A stretch of DNA of 64,000 nt from Caecitellus pseudoparvulus (GCA_965644315.1 CBFFRQ010000034.1:62001-126000); one strand, 5' to 3'. Numbered from the stretch's first letter, positions 12,404-22,389 are shown. Notes: generated by a model from the letters alone, not told the origin. Program-made: numbers and translations.

Positions 12404-13861
12404 TCAGGGGGGTGACGAGGGGGGGTCGGGCTCCATCGACTGGATGGGCACTGCGTCACGGGTGCTGTCTTGAGAGGAGTGCTGCTCGGAGGCCGGCGCG
12501 GTGGTGGCGGCGGGAGTGACTCGCGAGTCACCTGCTGGGAGAGCGGCGACGTCAGCAGCACGTTCGAGTTGCACTGCTTTACCTTGCTCATGGGGGGGGC
12601 TGGGGCTGGACTCCGCGAGGGGGGGGGCGGCATCCCCCCCCTCGTCACTGCTGCGCATCAGCCCGCCATCAGCTTGCACGCGCCACGTGGACAGGGAGCC
12701 CCCCTCGTCACTTTGTAACTCAGAGTGCTCGGCGATGGGCGAGCCAGGCTGAGTCAGGGGGGGGTGCAGTGACTCCTGCTGCGCCGCGAGACTGGCCAAG
12801 CCGCTGTCGTGCGGCACGCTGGGCTGTGTCAGCGTGTCAAGAGCTGTGCCCGGTGCAAGCCACTGCAGCGGTGCTGACACAGCCCAGCCCACAGTGCTGC
12901 CCACCCACACCCCCGTGCCCACCAACCACGCAGCTCGTCGCCACCACACCCACGCAACGCACAGCGTGAAGATCACCAGCCCTGCTCCAATTACCGCACG
13001 GTCCATGATGTTGGCACGCTGCATGGCGCAGGGACGGGGGGGGGCGGTGAAACGCACCACGAGCACTTGGCGCGTGCGTACTGCCCTGCCCCACGCACCC
13101 TCAGTCGCTGCACTCGATCACGAGCAGTGCTGGCGTGTAACGCATAGGACGTCTGCAACCCCAGTGTGGACTTGAGTGAGTCGGTGCCCTCAGCTGCAGG
13201 GGGGGTGAGGAGGGGGGAGGGTGCTACCCAGCTCGTTGGCGGACATGTGTGTGAAACGCACCAAGCACGCTGGCTGCGCCTTGCACGCGAGTCAACTCTG
13301 CCGCCAGCAGGCTGTGTGCTTGCTGCAGCGCAGAGGTGGACGCAGCAGGGGCAGCCGAGTCAAGCGAGTCAGTGGCGAGGGCGGGCAAGGGCCCAGATAC
13401 CGCCGTCTGCATCTGCGGACCTTGCAGTTGCCGCACGCGCTCCTGGGCCTGTGCACGGCAGGGGAGGGGGGGTGTGGGCTGTGCTGTGCATGCCACGTGA
13501 GAAGGCCAGCCCTAACTCGGCCAGTCCCCATGGCACGGTGACAGCAGCACCAACGCACAGCTCGGCAGATGGCAAGTCCATGCTTCACTTGCTGGGTTGT
13601 TTCTCCCTGGGTGCCCTGTGGCAGCGCGGCGTGGGCGCCAAGCGAGGTGCGGTGGGCCCCGCGAAACGCCGTCGAAACGCGCACCTCAAACTTGAGCATG
13701 CGCAGGGACGCCTCGTAGAACCGCAGGTGCAGGCCGATTTCCTTCACACGCATCACATCTGCCATCCTTCCTTCTTCCCCTGCCACCTCTCGGCCCAGTT
13801 GCTGCACTTTGTCGAGCAGCCCTTCAACCTGCAGCGCCTGGCCGGCTGGTGTGGTCGCCAT
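12404..13861 (-). CDS. SEC20: Sec20/BNIP1 ER SNARE, 376 aa, 5 exons
   Basis: Exons 13861-13685, 13615-13559, 13448-13262, 13193-13099 and 13018-12404, joined by GT-AG introns of 69, 110, 68 and 80 nt, give an intact frame. The product STSALQQAHSLLAAELTRVQGAASVLAEGTDSLKST...VQRLRRANIMDRAVIGAGLVIFTLCVAWVWWRR fits the Sec20 SNARE helix, D(R/K) and TM anchor pattern. Confidence 0.85.
12516..12531. repeat. Perfect 16-bp palindrome GTGACTCGCGAGTCAC
   Basis: Self reverse-complementary; built from two inverted GAGTCA words. Confidence 0.9.
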
Positions 13862-14239
13862 GCGTGTGGCCGGCGCGCTGGGTTAGTGGCCCGAACCAGG
13901 CGTGGAGGACGGGGGGCAGACGCACAGTGAGGTGCCTGCACCACTTGCGCCGTGTCCGCAGCAGGGCTGAAGCCAGTGGGCTGCGTGAGATATGGTGGTT
14001 GCAGGCCACTGTGCAGATGGCACTGCCCACTCAGTGGCGCCTCAACCCCAAACCAGAAAACACACAAGAATCAAGTCCACAGACATCCTAGCATGCACTG
14101 CTCCTCCTCAGCACCCGTGGGACGTGCCCATTGCGGCGCTGGCTCGACGCGTGCGCTGCGCGTGCGGCCAATTTCCGCAGCGCTGTAAGGGGTGGCAGAC
14201 ACGGCGCCCAGCGCCCCGCAGCCCACGCCCTGCGTCGCC
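13862..14239. promoter_or_regulatory. Putative bidirectional promoter, SEC20 / cNMP protein
   Basis: 378 bp between divergent ATGs, with an A-rich patch at 14044-14075. Confidence 0.45.
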
Positions 14240-17200
14240 ATGTCTGAGGCAAAGACGGAACCCGCGCCTAGAGAAGGCACAGAGCAAGGCGTGGCTGAGA
14301 CGGAGTCCGGAAAGGGCGTGTTTTTGACCGAGGTCGCGGGGGCCGAGGGGGCAGGTCGCAGCGACACGCATGGCGACCGATCCCCCCCCCGCGCGGGAAG
14401 CCCGGACAGCGTGCCACGGCCCAAAGTGCAGACGGAGGCACGGGCTAAGCCACGCTCTGTGGCGGGCAGTGCAAGGGGGGGTGGCACTGGCAACCCCCCC
14501 TCGCGCAAGGGCCGACCCCCCCTCACGCTCATCCAGCGCAAGGTACAGGACCCCCTCGCCCTGCGGAATATGGAGGAGGTGCAGCTGGTGACGGCCATGA
14601 AGACTGCCCGCCCAGTGGCGCTGCGCCAAGTGCTGCAGCGGCACCGTGAGGAGGCGGAGGGGGGTGAGGGGGGTGAAGGGGGGGGTGCCACACCCCCCCC
14701 CAACCCCCCCTCGCGCCCCGATTCCCAGGGCAGCTCTGTCTCCGCCCCGTGGCTACTGCTGCAGCGCCTGTTCCAAGACGCCACCTCCAAGAGTGAGGGC
14801 ATCAACGAAGCATCAGATTTCGCGCTCATGCGACGGTGTCGGGTCGCAGCGCTGCACGATCGCACGCTGGTGCCGCCCAGCGACCTGCTGAGCATCTTTG
14901 GCGACCTGCCGCCGCCAGCTGGGTCGAACGTCAGCGGGGCAGGGGGGGGTCGGCATGTGCGACGCCCATCGGCGACCCCCCTGCCCAGCGCTCGCACTGC
15001 GACCGAGGCGTGGTCGCACAGCGCCGCGGTGGCGCCCATGGTGAGGCAGTCGCGCAACGAGGCCGCTGTTCGTTCCCTCATGGGGCTGCAGATGCCGACG
15101 CCGTTCACGGAGGAGGAATCCTCCGCATTTGACTCATTTCTCCGCGATGGCGCGTCCCTGCGCAAGCATGCCGCCGCTGCCAGTGTCGTGAGTGTGAATT
15201 GGGCGCGACGAGGACTGAGCAGCCCAGGGGGGGCGGGGGGCAGACGCAGCGGGTCACCGGGGCCTCGCGGTGCGTTGGTGCCGTCCACGCCGCAGGATGG
15301 CGCGGGTCGTGGACCCACTGACTCGCGCCGTGACTCCACCACTGCGACCGCCGAGGAGTCCCCCACCCTGGCTGGCTTTGCCTTTGGAGCCAGTGCAGAG
15401 GACCTGAGCAAGGAGGGTGGGGCACTCGGAACACCCGTGTTCCGAGCTGCCCTCCCACCCGATGACCTGCCCTCCCGCGTCCCCTCTGTCCTCAGCAGCG
15501 GCAGCGGCAGCGGTGGCGCCGGCAACTCCAGTCTCCTGGAAGCCCTGCAGTGGGGGGAGGGGGGTGAGGTGTCCGATGATACGGAGGAGGAGGAGGAGGT
15601 GGGGGCGGGGGCCAAACCCGCGACCCCAGATCGTGCATTCGCCCCCCGCGGCCCCGCGTCCCCAGGCGCTGCGGAGTTGCGGCGGGAAGCGGCCGCGAAA
15701 GCTGCGACGACGACGCCGGACTCGACGCCGACCCTGCCGGCGGTCGCAGGTGGTCGCACCGCGTCGGTCGCGTCGCGCCCTTCCCGTCTTGCCCGCGTTG
15801 TGCAAGGGCGCCTCTCTGCCGCCACGTCCGCCGCCCTCAAGTCGGGCCTGCTGGCGACGGCGAAAGCTGCGTCGCGTCGCCACCAGCGAGCTCGCATGCG
15901 ACGTGCTCGGTCGGGGGAGCAGGCCAGCATGCTGGCGTCGGCGCTGTCGCAGTCTGTCGGTTTCTTCAAGGGACTGAAGGACCCCACGGTGGCCATCACG
16001 CTGTGCAAGTACATGCGCACGGCAGTGGTGGCACCCGGGTCGCTGGTCGCGAAACGCGGCGACCTCGGCGACCACATAGCCGTCATCCTGTCCGGTTCCG
16101 TCGTCGTGCACATTGAAGATGGGCGTGGGTTCGTCGATTTCGTGCCTCTGCCGCGGGGGGCCGCGTACGGCTCCTTCGCCCTGCTCACCAACAAACCCCG
16201 CATGGCCAGCTGCTACAGCGGCAAAGAAACGCCCACGGTGCTGGGCGTCATCCCCCGCACAGTGTACCTGGCAGTGCTGCGGAGGAGCCAAGAAGCGGAC
16301 ATGGTGCACAAGATGAACGCCATGCTCGGCTGCGACATGCTGCGGGCCGTGCCGCCAGCCGTGTTGCAGAAGGCTTCGTACTACTTCCGCCCCGCCACGC
16401 TGACGCACGGGGAAGTGTTGCTGCCAGCACACACCGTGCCCCGCACGCTGTTCCTGCTGCTGTCGGGGGAGGTCACGGTGTTCATGGATGCAGACCCAGC
16501 CGGAACACAGAACGCCCTGCGCCGCACCCAGGTCGCGGCGTACGCGGAACAGTCTGCCGCCCACATCGGCCGCCAACGCCGTGGTGCGTTGCTGGCCAGT
16601 GTGCGGGAGCTGCAAGCCGCGATCGTGGGCGCCTTCGCCGCACATGCGCGGGAGGGGGGCAGCGAGAACACGAGGGAGGGCCTGTTCCGCCGTCTCGCGG
16701 TCGCCGCTGCGGGGGGCGCTGCCCCGCCAACTCGAGACGCTGACCTGCTGTCGGCCATCGGCGGGTCACTGCAGGTGTCCCATGATGCGTTGGGGGGTGA
16801 CCCGGCGTTGCACGCGGCGTCAGGGGCAGGTCCCCTGCCTCGGTCCGGCGCCGCGGCGGAGTCGGCAGGTCGCATCCGGTCGCTGCCGGTCGCACGCTTC
16901 CAGAGCGGCGAGTACATCGGCGAGCTGGGCTTCGCGGGCGTGCCATCACCCGGAACACTCGTCGTGACCAGCCGTTCCGCCCTCCTCCTGTCCATCCCCA
17001 TCGACGTGTTCGCGAAACGCTTCGGCCCTGAGGCGGTCGCGTCGGGCGTGCAGGTCGCACAGCGACGCCTGGATCTGTGGGTGTCCCGTGTCGAGGCTGC
17101 CCATGCTCGCTCCTCCGCTGCCTCCAACCTGCTGCGAGAGGTGGGGTCCATGGCGGGGGCGGGGGTGCACCTGGGTGGGCAGGCGGGGGAGGTCGCACGC

Positions 17201-20200
17201 CTGGTCGCAGCTCACGCGGAGCTGGTGCGGGGCCCCACTGCGTCGCCATTTTCCGCGCCACCCTCAGAGCAGAAGCAGCACCAGCAGGGGGGTGGGCACC
17301 CCCCTTCCGCAGGCGCAAGCGAGGGTAGTCGGAACACGGAACACGCCAAGGTGTTCCAGAAGGCCGGTCGAGGCATCGGCGCACCGCTGCTGGCGCTGGA
17401 GGCGGAACTGGACTCCGTCGTCGCGCGTCGCAACGCACACCCGGCAGGTCGCGCCAGTCGACGTCCGCGCCGCGCCAAGCCCCGCGCTGCACACCTCATC
17501 GCGTCGGCCACGGACCCGGCATTCGCGAACATCGGCGTCGGAACACTGCAGGACATTCAGCGCGCACAGCGCCGGGCTGCGAGCGCCCTGCAAGGGGGCG
17601 GAGGTCGGCACGCGCGACCAGCTTCCCTGTCCCGTGCCGGCCGACGCCAGCGCGGCGCGACCGAGCCAGGTACCCGAGTCCCCCCCCGAACCCCCGCGGC
17701 TGGCAGTGACTCCACCGCACCCCAGCCTGGCGCGTCGTTTCTGGGAGTCATCCTGCAGTCGGAGTCAGTGACGGCGCCCGCCAACCCCCCCACGCGCCAG
17801 GTGACTGCTGCAGCGGTGCAGGGCAAGCCTGCCCTGCTGGGGTTGCAGCGCCTGCGAGCGCGCCAGCTCAGTGATGCGTTACACCGGGAGGCCATCGCCG
17901 CAGCGCACACACAGGCGGCGGCAGCGGCTGTGGCGTCCCTCGGGCCTGAAGCCCCCTCAGGGGAGAGCGTGAGGGGGGGTGCGAGCGGCACACACCCCTC
18001 CTTTGAGCGAACATTGAACGGCGCGCTGCTGCACCCAGAACACTCACGACGAGGGCAGGGGGGCTCCCACACACCGCCCTTCGCTGGCGGCGACGGCAGC
18101 GACTCCGACCCTGATGCGCCGCTGATTCTTCCCGGAACACCGTCAGGTGCACTGCCCCCCGCCAAGCTCGTCGCGGCAGTGGCGCCACGGGGTGTTCGGC
18201 GTCCGACCCTGTCCCGTGCGGCAGGTGTTCTGCCTGGCGGCGCCAGTGGCGGCGGCGCAGCGGCCGTTCCCTATGCGGTGATCGAAGAAACGCTCACGCA
18301 GCTGGCGGAAGGTCGCTTTGGCAGCACAGACGGCAGCCTCTCCATCCAGCTCAAGCGGGTGCATGCGGCACGGCTGGCAGGCAAGCTGGGGGGGGGCTCA
18401 GGAGGGGTGTCGAGGGGGGGGTCCACATCCCCCCCCCGCCGCATCACGTACGGCGATGCCGGGGCGAGCAGTGCCCCTGGGTCGCCGCTGCGGGCAGGCG
18501 TGACTCCCCACATCAGCAGCGCATCAAGTCTTCCCCCGGCTGGCACCCCCCCTCACGCAGGCCAGGGAAGGGGGGTGGTGGTGTCCAACCCCGCTGTCTG
18601 GGACGCTGTCATTGGGGGTCGCCTGCGGGCGGAGGCCGTGCGACCTCTGGATGACGGCGGGTCGCACGGGCCGACCCCTGGCAGGGCAGCGCAGGGCGGG
18701 CCCCTGCATCGGCGCAGTGCGCTGGCTGGCACGTCGCACGCGACGACTCCTGGACCACAGCCCAGCGCCAGCGCTTCCTGCGGCAGCCTTCCAAATTCCG
18801 CACCCGGCCCCCGCCCCGCCCAGACACATGAACCGCCTGCCGGGGGCCCCACCGCCCAGGGCACCCGTGTAACGCACGACGTGTACGGCATCGACATCGA
18901 CCTGGGCGCCATCCGTGCGACCACCAGCGACCAGCAGCTGGTCGCAAGCCTGCAGCAGTACCTATCGTACGCATCCCGCTGGGGCCTGCTGCCGCCCCAG
19001 CACCAGCGCCGCTTAGTGCGCATCATCCACAAACAAGACGCCGACATTCGCCACGAACTGCGACGACTGCGGGCAGGGGGGGTGTCCCTACCCCCCCTGC
19101 CGACAGGTGACGAGGCGGCACTGGCCGCCAGCGAGGCTGTCGTGCGGAATTTGATACCGCCCCGCCCCGCCAGCTCCGGCGGCGGCGGTGGGCCCACCAG
19201 TCCCGAAGCACGTCGCAGTGGGCGAGCGTCGTCGCGGGGAGGGGGCGGCTCACGCCAGGGGTCGCGGCCCGGCAGTGGTGGGGAGGAGGGGGGGGTGGTG
19301 TCGCCCCCCCTCCCCGCCGCCCCACCCTCCCCACACCCCCGCACCCCCAGCGCCTTTGGGGAGGACCTGTACGAGGCGGAGCGAGGAGGGGCACTCGGAA
19401 CAGGCGGTGTTCCGGGTGGATCTGCCGCCGCAGGTGTCGCCGCCGCGACGCAGTCCGCCACCCAACGCAGCAAACCCATGCCTGGGGAGAGTGTGCTGCG
19501 GCACGGACCACGCCAGCCGACCAGCGGAAACACCGGGTCCAGGCGTGTTCTCAGTGTCTCGGCCAGCGGCACGCTGTCCCGGCAAGGGGATGCCCCAGCC
19601 ACGCAGACGCGGGTGGGGGGGGAGGGTGCGGAAATTGATGCCCCCCTCGCCACCCGACTGCAGGCCGGCGCAGACACGGCGGTGGCTGTGACGAGTCCAG
19701 AGGTTGAGGAAGGGGGGGGGCGGGGGGGCAGCGTCTCTCGTGCGTTTCACGAGGGGCACGCATCCCCCCTGGCTGCTGTGGCTGTGCTGGAGGGGGGGGG
19801 CGAGGAGGGGGCAGGGGCGCACACCCACCGCCCCCGCCCTCACACGAGCAGTAGTGGTGGGGGCGCCCTGCGTATTACGTCACCCCTGCGCACGACGGCT
19901 TCCCGTGGGGGGCCTCGCGCTGCGACCAGCTCAGGCCCCACCGAGGCGCAGCGCGTCGACGCCCTGAGCGGCACACGCGGGGCCTTCGCAGCACAGGTGG
20001 CTGCGCGTGAGGCGGAACACGCCCAGGCAGAACACGAGTCACTCGCCCCCCACGGCGTGCACCCCTCTGACATGTGGCTCGTCAGCGCCGTCGCTGGAGC
20101 GCATGCCGCGGAGCGAGGAGTCACCGGAGCGGAAGGGGGGGGCAGTGACTCGCCACCCACCCCCCCAGCCACACCCCAGCCCCGCCGCCGCCGCCACGCC

Positions 20201-20869
20201 AGCCCACACACAGGATCCACGCACGTCGCCACAGTGCATGTGGGGCCACCTGGGGGTGATGGGGTGGCTGGTGACTCGGAACACGACCAGGAACACGCGC
20301 TGGCCGTGCTCATGGGCAGTCGAGGGAGCAGTGCGTGGAGCGAGGCGCTGCTGGAAGCCCCCCCCGCGGCGGCGGCGGCCCCCCCCACGACACTCAAGGT
20401 CGTGCACAGCCGGCGGGGGGGTCGACCCACGACGCCGCATCGCGCCGCCACGGCCGGGGCGCCGCACCACCCCACCACGCCCGATCTCAGGTCGCGCACG
20501 GGGCAGGGTCCTCGACGCAGTCCCCGCCGCCCCACATCTGGCCTGCGCGGGTGGCTGCCCACGCCCCAGGATGTGCTGGGGGCGGCGCACTCGGTGGGGT
20601 CGCTGGCGAGCACGATGCCAGGTCGCACGCGCCGACCGCCCTCTGCGACCTCCTTCGTCGGCGACCTCGACGCGGGGGACGGCATGCTGCTGGGCGCTGC
20701 CATCGCCCAGGGGGGGCGCCTGCCCTCTGACGAGGACGGGACGGGTGGGGGAGGTTGGAACACGGAACACAGAACAGGAACCGTGGAAGCTGCCATGGCC
20801 CCAGCGGCCGTCACCTACCGTGGGCGACGGGCGCACTCCCAGCGCCGCCGACGTGCCCGCAACACGTGA
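14240..20869 (+). CDS. Cyclic-nucleotide-binding domain protein (two CNB domains, CNBD1/2-like) in long disordered flanks, 2209 aa
   Basis: Single ORF with first ATG at 14240. CNB-1 (~15960-16280): KRGDLGDHIAVILSGSV...GAAYGSFALLTNKPRMAS. CNB-2 (~16330-17030): GEVLL...LFLLLSGEVTV...FQSGEYIGELGF. Confidence 0.8.
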   Translation: MSEAKTEPAPREGTEQGVAETESGKGVFLTEVAGAEGAGRSDTHGDRSPPRAGSPDSVPRPKVQTEARAKPRSVAGSARGGGTGNPPSRKGRPPLTLIQRKVQDPLALRNMEEVQLVTAMKTARPVALRQVLQRHREEAEGGEGGEGGGATPPPNPPSRPDSQGSSVSAPWLLLQRLFQDATSKSEGINEASDFALMRRCRVAALHDRTLVPPSDLLSIFGDLPPPAGSNVSGAGGGRHVRRPSATPLPSARTATEAWSHSAAVAPMVRQSRNEAAVRSLMGLQMPTPFTEEESSAFDSFLRDGASLRKHAAAASVVSVNWARRGLSSPGGAGGRRSGSPGPRGALVPSTPQDGAGRGPTDSRRDSTTATAEESPTLAGFAFGASAEDLSKEGGALGTPVFRAALPPDDLPSRVPSVLSSGSGSGGAGNSSLLEALQWGEGGEVSDDTEEEEEVGAGAKPATPDRAFAPRGPASPGAAELRREAAAKAATTTPDSTPTLPAVAGGRTASVASRPSRLARVVQGRLSAATSAALKSGLLATAKAASRRHQRARMRRARSGEQASMLASALSQSVGFFKGLKDPTVAITLCKYMRTAVVAPGSLVAKRGDLGDHIAVILSGSVVVHIEDGRGFVDFVPLPRGAAYGSFALLTNKPRMASCYSGKETPTVLGVIPRTVYLAVLRRSQEADMVHKMNAMLGCDMLRAVPPAVLQKASYYFRPATLTHGEVLLPAHTVPRTLFLLLSGEVTVFMDADPAGTQNALRRTQVAAYAEQSAAHIGRQRRGALLASVRELQAAIVGAFAAHAREGGSENTREGLFRRLAVAAAGGAAPPTRDADLLSAIGGSLQVSHDALGGDPALHAASGAGPLPRSGAAAESAGRIRSLPVARFQSGEYIGELGFAGVPSPGTLVVTSRSALLLSIPIDVFAKRFGPEAVASGVQVAQRRLDLWVSRVEAAHARSSAASNLLREVGSMAGAGVHLGGQAGEVARLVAAHAELVRGPTASPFSAPPSEQKQHQQGGGHPPSAGASEGSRNTEHAKVFQKAGRGIGAPLLALEAELDSVVARRNAHPAGRASRRPRRAKPRAAHLIASATDPAFANIGVGTLQDIQRAQRRAASALQGGGGRHARPASLSRAGRRQRGATEPGTRVPPRTPAAGSDSTAPQPGASFLGVILQSESVTAPANPPTRQVTAAAVQGKPALLGLQRLRARQLSDALHREAIAAAHTQAAAAAVASLGPEAPSGESVRGGASGTHPSFERTLNGALLHPEHSRRGQGGSHTPPFAGGDGSDSDPDAPLILPGTPSGALPPAKLVAAVAPRGVRRPTLSRAAGVLPGGASGGGAAAVPYAVIEETLTQLAEGRFGSTDGSLSIQLKRVHAARLAGKLGGGSGGVSRGGSTSPPRRITYGDAGASSAPGSPLRAGVTPHISSASSLPPAGTPPHAGQGRGVVVSNPAVWDAVIGGRLRAEAVRPLDDGGSHGPTPGRAAQGGPLHRRSALAGTSHATTPGPQPSASASCGSLPNSAPGPRPAQTHEPPAGGPTAQGTRVTHDVYGIDIDLGAIRATTSDQQLVASLQQYLSYASRWGLLPPQHQRRLVRIIHKQDADIRHELRRLRAGGVSLPPLPTGDEAALAASEAVVRNLIPPRPASSGGGGGPTSPEARRSGRASSRGGGGSRQGSRPGSGGEEGGVVSPPLPAAPPSPHPRTPSAFGEDLYEAERGGALGTGGVPGGSAAAGVAAATQSATQRSKPMPGESVLRHGPRQPTSGNTGSRRVLSVSASGTLSRQGDAPATQTRVGGEGAEIDAPLATRLQAGADTAVAVTSPEVEEGGGRGGSVSRAFHEGHASPLAAVAVLEGGGEEGAGAHTHRPRPHTSSSGGGALRITSPLRTTASRGGPRAATSSGPTEAQRVDALSGTRGAFAAQVAAREAEHAQAEHESLAPHGVHPSDMWLVSAVAGAHAAERGVTGAEGGGSDSPPTPPATPQPRRRRHASPHTGSTHVATVHVGPPGGDGVAGDSEHDQEHALAVLMGSRGSSAWSEALLEAPPAAAAAPPTTLKVVHSRRGGRPTTPHRAATAGAPHHPTTPDLRSRTGQGPRRSPRRPTSGLRGWLPTPQDVLGAAHSVGSLASTMPGRTRRPPSATSFVGDLDAGDGMLLGAAIAQGGRLPSDEDGTGGGGWNTEHRTGTVEAAMAPAAVTYRGRRAHSQRRRRARNT
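15425..15446. repeat. Inverted repeat CTCGGAACAC-CC-GTGTTCCGAG
   Basis: Perfect 10-bp arms with a 2-nt spacer. A related copy lies at 19392-19418. Confidence 0.85.
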
Positions 20870-20990
20870 GTGACTCCAGCTGCAACGCAGCAAGGTCGAG
20901 CACAGCGCAGGCAACACAATGCACTGCATTTTCCAGAGCGGAATCCAATCACCTTGTAGCAGGTGTGGCCCTGTGGCTTCAGACATGCCA

Positions 20991-22389
20991 TCACTTGGCA
21001 CCGCCGCCGCCGCTGCTGCTGCTGCTGCTGCTTGACACGTCAACAGTCGAAGCGGCTTCATGCAGGGCGCGTGCGACGCTGCGCATGCGGTCGACATACT
21101 CGAGGTCGCGCGTGTGTTCTTCCGGAACACCCGACAGGCCGTGCAGTGCCCCCCACCACGCCCCCGCGATGGCGCCGGTGCTGTCGTTGTCCCCGCCATG
21201 CAGCATGGCTGTCGTGACGAGGCGGGCGTAGGAGTCACCGCTGGCGAGTAACGCATCATACGCGATGAGCGTCGCACCCCGCCCCGTGCCGCCTGGCCAC
21301 TTGCAGGGCGTAATGGCGGCATAGTGAGCGTCTCGGGCGGCAGCGGCGGTCTCGGTCAGGTCCCACCAGGTCGCGTCGCGAGCAGGCGGCGCCGGCGGCG
21401 GGTCGCATCCGCCGAGGGTCAGTGGCAGGCCCATCGCCTCCGCATACGCCGTCCAGCCATCCACTTCGCGCTGCAGGTGGTCAAGCTGGTGCACTTGGCG
21501 CCCTGTGGAGACGATGTGAGCGGTGCAGGCGGGGACGAGGTCGACGAGTAGGTGTGCGACCCAGGTGGTCGGCGGCAGGTCGCGCAGGGCGAGGGCGGTG
21601 AAGTACGCCGCCACCGCCCCTCCAAACCACCCCAGCGGGTTGTGGTGCGTCATGCGCGATGAGTCAACGGCGTAGGCCACCAGCCACGGCAGGTGGCCGG
21701 GTGCGGAGAATAGAAGCCCCACCCCCATCGCACGCATCGCTGCGCCACAGCCACCACCCCCTTTTTCCGTGTACCGCAGGGCATCCCACCCGCCCCCGTC
21801 CTCAGCGATGCGGGACATGCTGTGCATGGTGCCGTGGCCCGGCGCGCGCCCCTGCATGTCCCGCATGCCGACCTTGTACGCCGCGGCGATGCCCTGCAGC
21901 ACGCGCCGAGGACGTTTGAATGCGCTGCTGCCTGCCGCTGCTAGAGGTTCTAGCGTGGCCAGGTGCAGCACGGTGTCGTCAGAGACAATCCAGTCGGGGC
22001 TGGTCAGTGCCAGGGCCAGGGGCCCCACGCCCTCTGCGGCAGGGGGGGGAGGGGGCGTGATGCACAGAACCAGCTCCCACCCGCGACATTTCTCCGGCAC
22101 AGCGCTGGCTGGGTGCGCGTCCCGCCACGTAACCACGCACTGGTCAGGGACATGCAGCTGCGGACGATTTCAGCACCCTCCATGCAAAACTCCCAGTGCC
22201 CTCGGCGGTATCCAAGGGCGTCCCCTGTGATGGGGGCGTGGTGAGTGCGGAAATTGCAAGCGCACACTACCACGCCAAAGCGCCACGCCACGCACCCACT
22301 CCTGACAGCACGATGCAGGCCTCGAAGCGCTCAGAGAGGGGAGTGGATGCATCATCCATGCCTTCGCGCGTGTCAGCAACGGCTGCCAT
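20991..22389 (-). CDS. ADPRH: ADP-ribosylglycohydrolase, ARH1-like (arginine), 406 aa, 3 exons
   Basis: Exons 22389-22296, 22224-22141 and 22033-20991 (introns 71 and 107 nt, GTGCGT...CAG) give VGDALGYRRGHWEF, WIVSDDTVLHLAT, GGGCGAAMRAMGVGL, RMTHHNPLG and HGGDNDSTGAIAGAWWGALHG, which are the ARH1 signature motifs. Confidence 0.93.
21001..21032 (+). repeat. Compound microsatellite (CCG)4(CTG)6-7 encoding the poly-Ser/Gly tail of the ARH1-like protein
   Basis: ccgccgccgccgctgctgctgctgctgctgct read directly. Confidence 0.9.

Noticed and set aside
20991-22389. ADP-ribosylhydrolase as part of a toxin or defence module
   Set aside because: It is an ordinary intron-containing ARH1-type gene with no ADP-ribosyltransferase nearby.
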